Source: Cyanobacteria bacterium TMED229
GTDB lineage: Bacteria > Cyanobacteriota > Cyanobacteriia > PCC-6307 > Cyanobiaceae
Assembly (NCBI GenBank): GCA_002169615.1
Contig: NHKA01000030.1
Coordinates: 5,240 to 48,676 of the forward strand
DNA: 43,437 nucleotides
Reading direction: 5' to 3'
In this document: in pieces, positions 40,844 through 43,437 of the stretch
How positions within the stretch are numbered: the first letter of the stretch is position 1
How the letters are laid out: the number at the start of each line of letters is the position of its first letter
Notes under the pieces: model-generated
Seen by the model: the letters and a program-made list of their open reading frames with translations, nothing else
What the model was told of the DNA's origin: nothing
The model's database searches: none
Program-made: the position numbers and the translations under genes

Positions 40844-42022
40844 TTAGGGATCAATCCAATCGAGCTGGAGCCCACCACGGTTCTGCGCCAATTGTTCGGC
40901 ACTGCCGCGATCGGCAACGGGTGTGAGCTCCACCAGCGCCCGTATGCCGCGCTGGTGCCAACTGAGCTGTCGTTCAAATGCGGTTTCGAGCGTGGTTCCT
41001 GAGGCAAAGGCCACAAGAACGGACGTCGGTTTCGCTTCAGCCGCTGACAGCTCGCTCAACAATTCCCGGATCGGGTCGATCGCGAAGCCGAACCCGACAC
41101 CGGCTGCACCATCGCCTGTGCCTCCGCATCGACGCACAAGCTCGTCGTATCTCCCCCCGCGGGCGACCACCACAGGCGCTGCCTTCCCCTGACAAACCAG
41201 CTGAAACACCAGACCCGTGTAGAGCTCGAACACCGGTTGAAAGGTTGCATCCAGCTGAATCGACATGCCCTGCCGTTGTGCCGCAGGTTCCAGAAGATCC
41301 ATCATGCGCCGGAGTTGGGTGAACACCGGACGGGCCCCAAACCTCTGTTCAAGCATGGAGAGCTGCGAGGAAGGTTTGCCCCGGCTGTCAAGCATCGCCA
41401 GAAGCGATTGCTTGTCCTGTGTCGGGAGATCCATTGATTCGATCGACAGGCGGTCGAAACGGATCAATGCTGATCGAATGGCGGCCTGAACCCTGCCGCT
41501 GTAAGGCTGGAGCACGAGATCCATCAGAGCCGTGTGACCGATGAGCAGCTGTGGTCTGTGTTCATCGGCCAGCTCGAGCGTTTCAACAGCAGCGATCAGC
41601 AGGGAGAGCAGCTCCATCTCCGCTTCGATGCCTTTCACGCCAACCAGTTCAACTCCGCTTTGCAGGGTTTCCTCAATGCACAAGCCGCCCTCATCGGCGG
41701 ATCGGCCCTGAAACACCGTCCCCGATGCCCACAATCTGAGCGGCCTGGGCCTTGATGCGAGACGGGTGCAGGCGGCCCGCGCGATCGAGGCGGTCATTTC
41801 CGGTCTCAGACCAAGCGGCTCATCGGCGACCAGACGCACAATGTCACCACTGTTGATGGCGCCACCGGCCATCAGTGTGTCGAGTCGCTCCACACGAGGC
41901 GGCGAGACTTCGTCGTAGCCCCACAGGCGGTACACCGCAGCAAGCCGTTCACTGAGCAATCGATTGTTCTCAACCTGGCGTGGATTGAGATCCCTTGCTC
42001 CAGCGGCCGGTTGCAGCGCCAT
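40844..42022 (-). CDS. hisZ: ATP phosphoribosyltransferase regulatory subunit
   Basis: Motifs [30 protein letters not shown] and ARGGRYD. Confidence 0.93.
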   Translation of the reverse strand: MALQPAAGARDLNPRQVENNRLLSERLAAVYRLWGYDEVSPPRVERLDTLMAGGAINSGDIVRLVADEPLGLRPEMTASIARAACTRLASRPRPLRLWASGTVFQGRSADEGGLCIEETLQSGVELVGVKGIEAEMELLSLLIAAVETLELADEHRPQLLIGHTALMDLVLQPYSGRVQAAIRSALIRFDRLSIESMDLPTQDKQSLLAMLDSRGKPSSQLSMLEQRFGARPVFTQLRRMMDLLEPAAQRQGMSIQLDATFQPVFELYTGLVFQLVCQGKAAPVVVARGGRYDELVRRCGGTGDGAAGVGFGFAIDPIRELLSELSAAEAKPTSVLVAFASGTTLETAFERQLSWHQRGIRALVELTPVADRGSAEQLAQNRGGLQLDWIDP

Positions 42023-42044
42023 GGATGGAACGTTCAGCGTGAAC

Positions 42045-42932
42045 TCAGGATCCCACGGCCGTGAGATGGGGAGCCCCGAAACTGGCTCCGCTGAGGGGCT
42101 GGACGCTTGCCAGCTGTTCCACCATCAAGGGATGCAGTGCTGGACCACTGGCCAGAATCCGACCACTGCTGATATCAAACGCCTCGCCTCGGTACCCGGT
42201 GACGGTTCCACCAGCCAGTTCCACCAGCGCAACACCAGCAGCGAGATCCCAGGGCGCTAAGCCCCGTTCCCAGTAACCGTCCTGGCGACCGCAGGCGACG
42301 AAGGCCAGATCAACCGCTGCCGCGCCACCGCGGCGAACACCATGGGTTCGATGGGTGAACCAGCAGAACTCGGCGTAATTGTTGTCCAATCGGTTCTGGC
42401 GGTCGTAAGCAAAACCCGTGACCAGAAGTGCGTCCTGCAGAGCACTGCAGGGACTCACCTTGATCGGTCGTCCATTGCAGAAGACACCATGGCCTGGTGC
42501 ACCCCAGAAGGTCTCCTTCAGAAAGGGAACTGCGATGGCACCAAGGATTGGTTGCTGCTTCCAAGTCAGCCCGATCGATGTGGCAAAAAACGGATAACCA
42601 TGGGCGAAGTTGGTGGTTCCATCCAAAGGATCAACACACCAACGCAGACCATCCTGGGCGCCTTTGGCACCACTCTCCTCAGCCAAAACAGCAATATCCG
42701 GTGTGCTTGCCTTCAACGCCTCGAGAACGACAGCTTCTGCGGCGAGATCGGCATTGGTCACCAGATCTCCCATCCGTCCCTTGCTCTCAACGGATGCCAA
42801 TTGTCCGTAGTGGTTCATCAGCTCCTGACCACCGAGTTCCGCCGTGGTCCGGGCGATCTCCATCAGCGTCTCCAGCTCGCCGTCACTGAGTCCGGCGGCC
42901 TGTGCGCTGTCTGTACAGATGGTGGTTCCCAT
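42045..42932 (-). CDS. suhB: Inositol monophosphatase family protein
   Basis: Motifs [22 protein letters not shown] and [13 protein letters not shown]. Confidence 0.92.
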   Translation of the reverse strand: MGTTICTDSAQAAGLSDGELETLMEIARTTAELGGQELMNHYGQLASVESKGRMGDLVTNADLAAEAVVLEALKASTPDIAVLAEESGAKGAQDGLRWCVDPLDGTTNFAHGYPFFATSIGLTWKQQPILGAIAVPFLKETFWGAPGHGVFCNGRPIKVSPCSALQDALLVTGFAYDRQNRLDNNYAEFCWFTHRTHGVRRGGAAAVDLAFVACGRQDGYWERGLAPWDLAAGVALVELAGGTVTGYRGEAFDISSGRILASGPALHPLMVEQLASVQPLSGASFGAPHLTAVGS

Positions 42933-42935
42933 GGT

Positions 42936-43319
42936 TTAGTCCTTCCAGGTTTCCAGTTCCTCCAGGGGAATCTCCCTGGTGGTGGAGCCTTTGCCGAAGT
43001 AACGGCCGAACTGGAGTTCGTAAACTTCATCCTCATCTTGGGTCTCTGCTTCCAGAGGTCCTGTGGCCCGGGCAACACAGAGCAGGCCATACCCCTGCTG
43101 GCGCAGATTCTTCGATAAGCCCATCGCCTCCTGTTGATCGATCGAGCCGTCGAGCACCCTCACAGCGCAGGTTGTGCAGCAGCCGTTGCGGCAAGAGAAG
43201 GGCAGGGGATCCCCCTGCAATTCAAAACTGCGCAGGATGTACTCCCCTTCCGGGACGTCGTGGCTGATCGTGCGGTTTTCCTGGCGCCAGTGAATCGTGA
43301 TCCTGTGCCTGGGGCGCAT
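42936..43319 (-). CDS. 2Fe-2S ferredoxin-like protein
   Basis: Motif LPFSCRNGCCTTCA...LLCV. Confidence 0.92.
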   Translation of the reverse strand: MRPRHRITIHWRQENRTISHDVPEGEYILRSFELQGDPLPFSCRNGCCTTCAVRVLDGSIDQQEAMGLSKNLRQQGYGLLCVARATGPLEAETQDEDEVYELQFGRYFGKGSTTREIPLEELETWKD

Positions 43320-43374
43320 TCGGCCTCGTTGGAAACGTCCTGCTACATTCGCATCTGCCCCACGTCATGCCGGT

Positions 43375-43437
43375 GGAGAGCTGGCCGAGTGGTCGAAGGC
43401 GCAGCACTGGAAATGCTGTATAGGGGCAACTCTATCG
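43375..43437 (+). tRNA. tRNA-Ser(GGA), 3' end cut off by the window edge
   Basis: 5' GGAGAGCTGGCCGAGTGGTCGAAGGCG, anticodon arm CAGCA-CTGGAAA-TGCTG and a long variable arm ATAGGGGCAACTCTAT. Confidence 0.95.

Noticed and set aside
43375-43437. tRNA-Ser as an island integration site
   Set aside because: Its 3' end and downstream DNA are outside the window, and I saw no duplicate tRNA fragment inside it, so this cannot be assessed.

Overview
Mostly GC-rich, densely packed core chromosome of a marine picocyanobacterium. It is most likely Synechococcus, judged from petN, psaK, psb29, ggpS-ggt, purK-6S RNA synteny and the scarcity of HIP1 GCGATCGC. Recognisable genes in order: ligase-associated exonuclease, nadA, a metallophosphoesterase/glycosyltransferase pair, a lambda-lysozyme-like GH104, a TPM protein, a MidA-type methyltransferase, aroB, a sugar permease, purK with 6S RNA, DUF2103, clpS, petN, psb29, clpP, ftsH, an ABC permease, pyk, a MazG-like gene, yggT, scpB, ilvA, dxs, an FAD oxidoreductase, psaK, DUF3593/DUF2499, csaB, pstS and corA, ggtADCB-ggpS, a peroxiredoxin, rpmB, htpG, a 4Fe-4S ferredoxin, hisZ, suhB, a 2Fe-2S ferredoxin and a truncated tRNA-Ser(GGA). 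No CRISPR array, transposase, integrase or prophage is visible. The best leads are: (i) an AT-richer cassette of an unannotated 50-aa membrane ORF coupled to corA and followed by a divergent pstS with a candidate Pho box; (ii) a three-hairpin leader before a secreted phage-type lysozyme; (iii) small ORFs missed by the ORF track; (iv) a probable CTG start codon; (v) a probable island edge at the left end. All family assignments come from motif recognition by eye, not from database searches.
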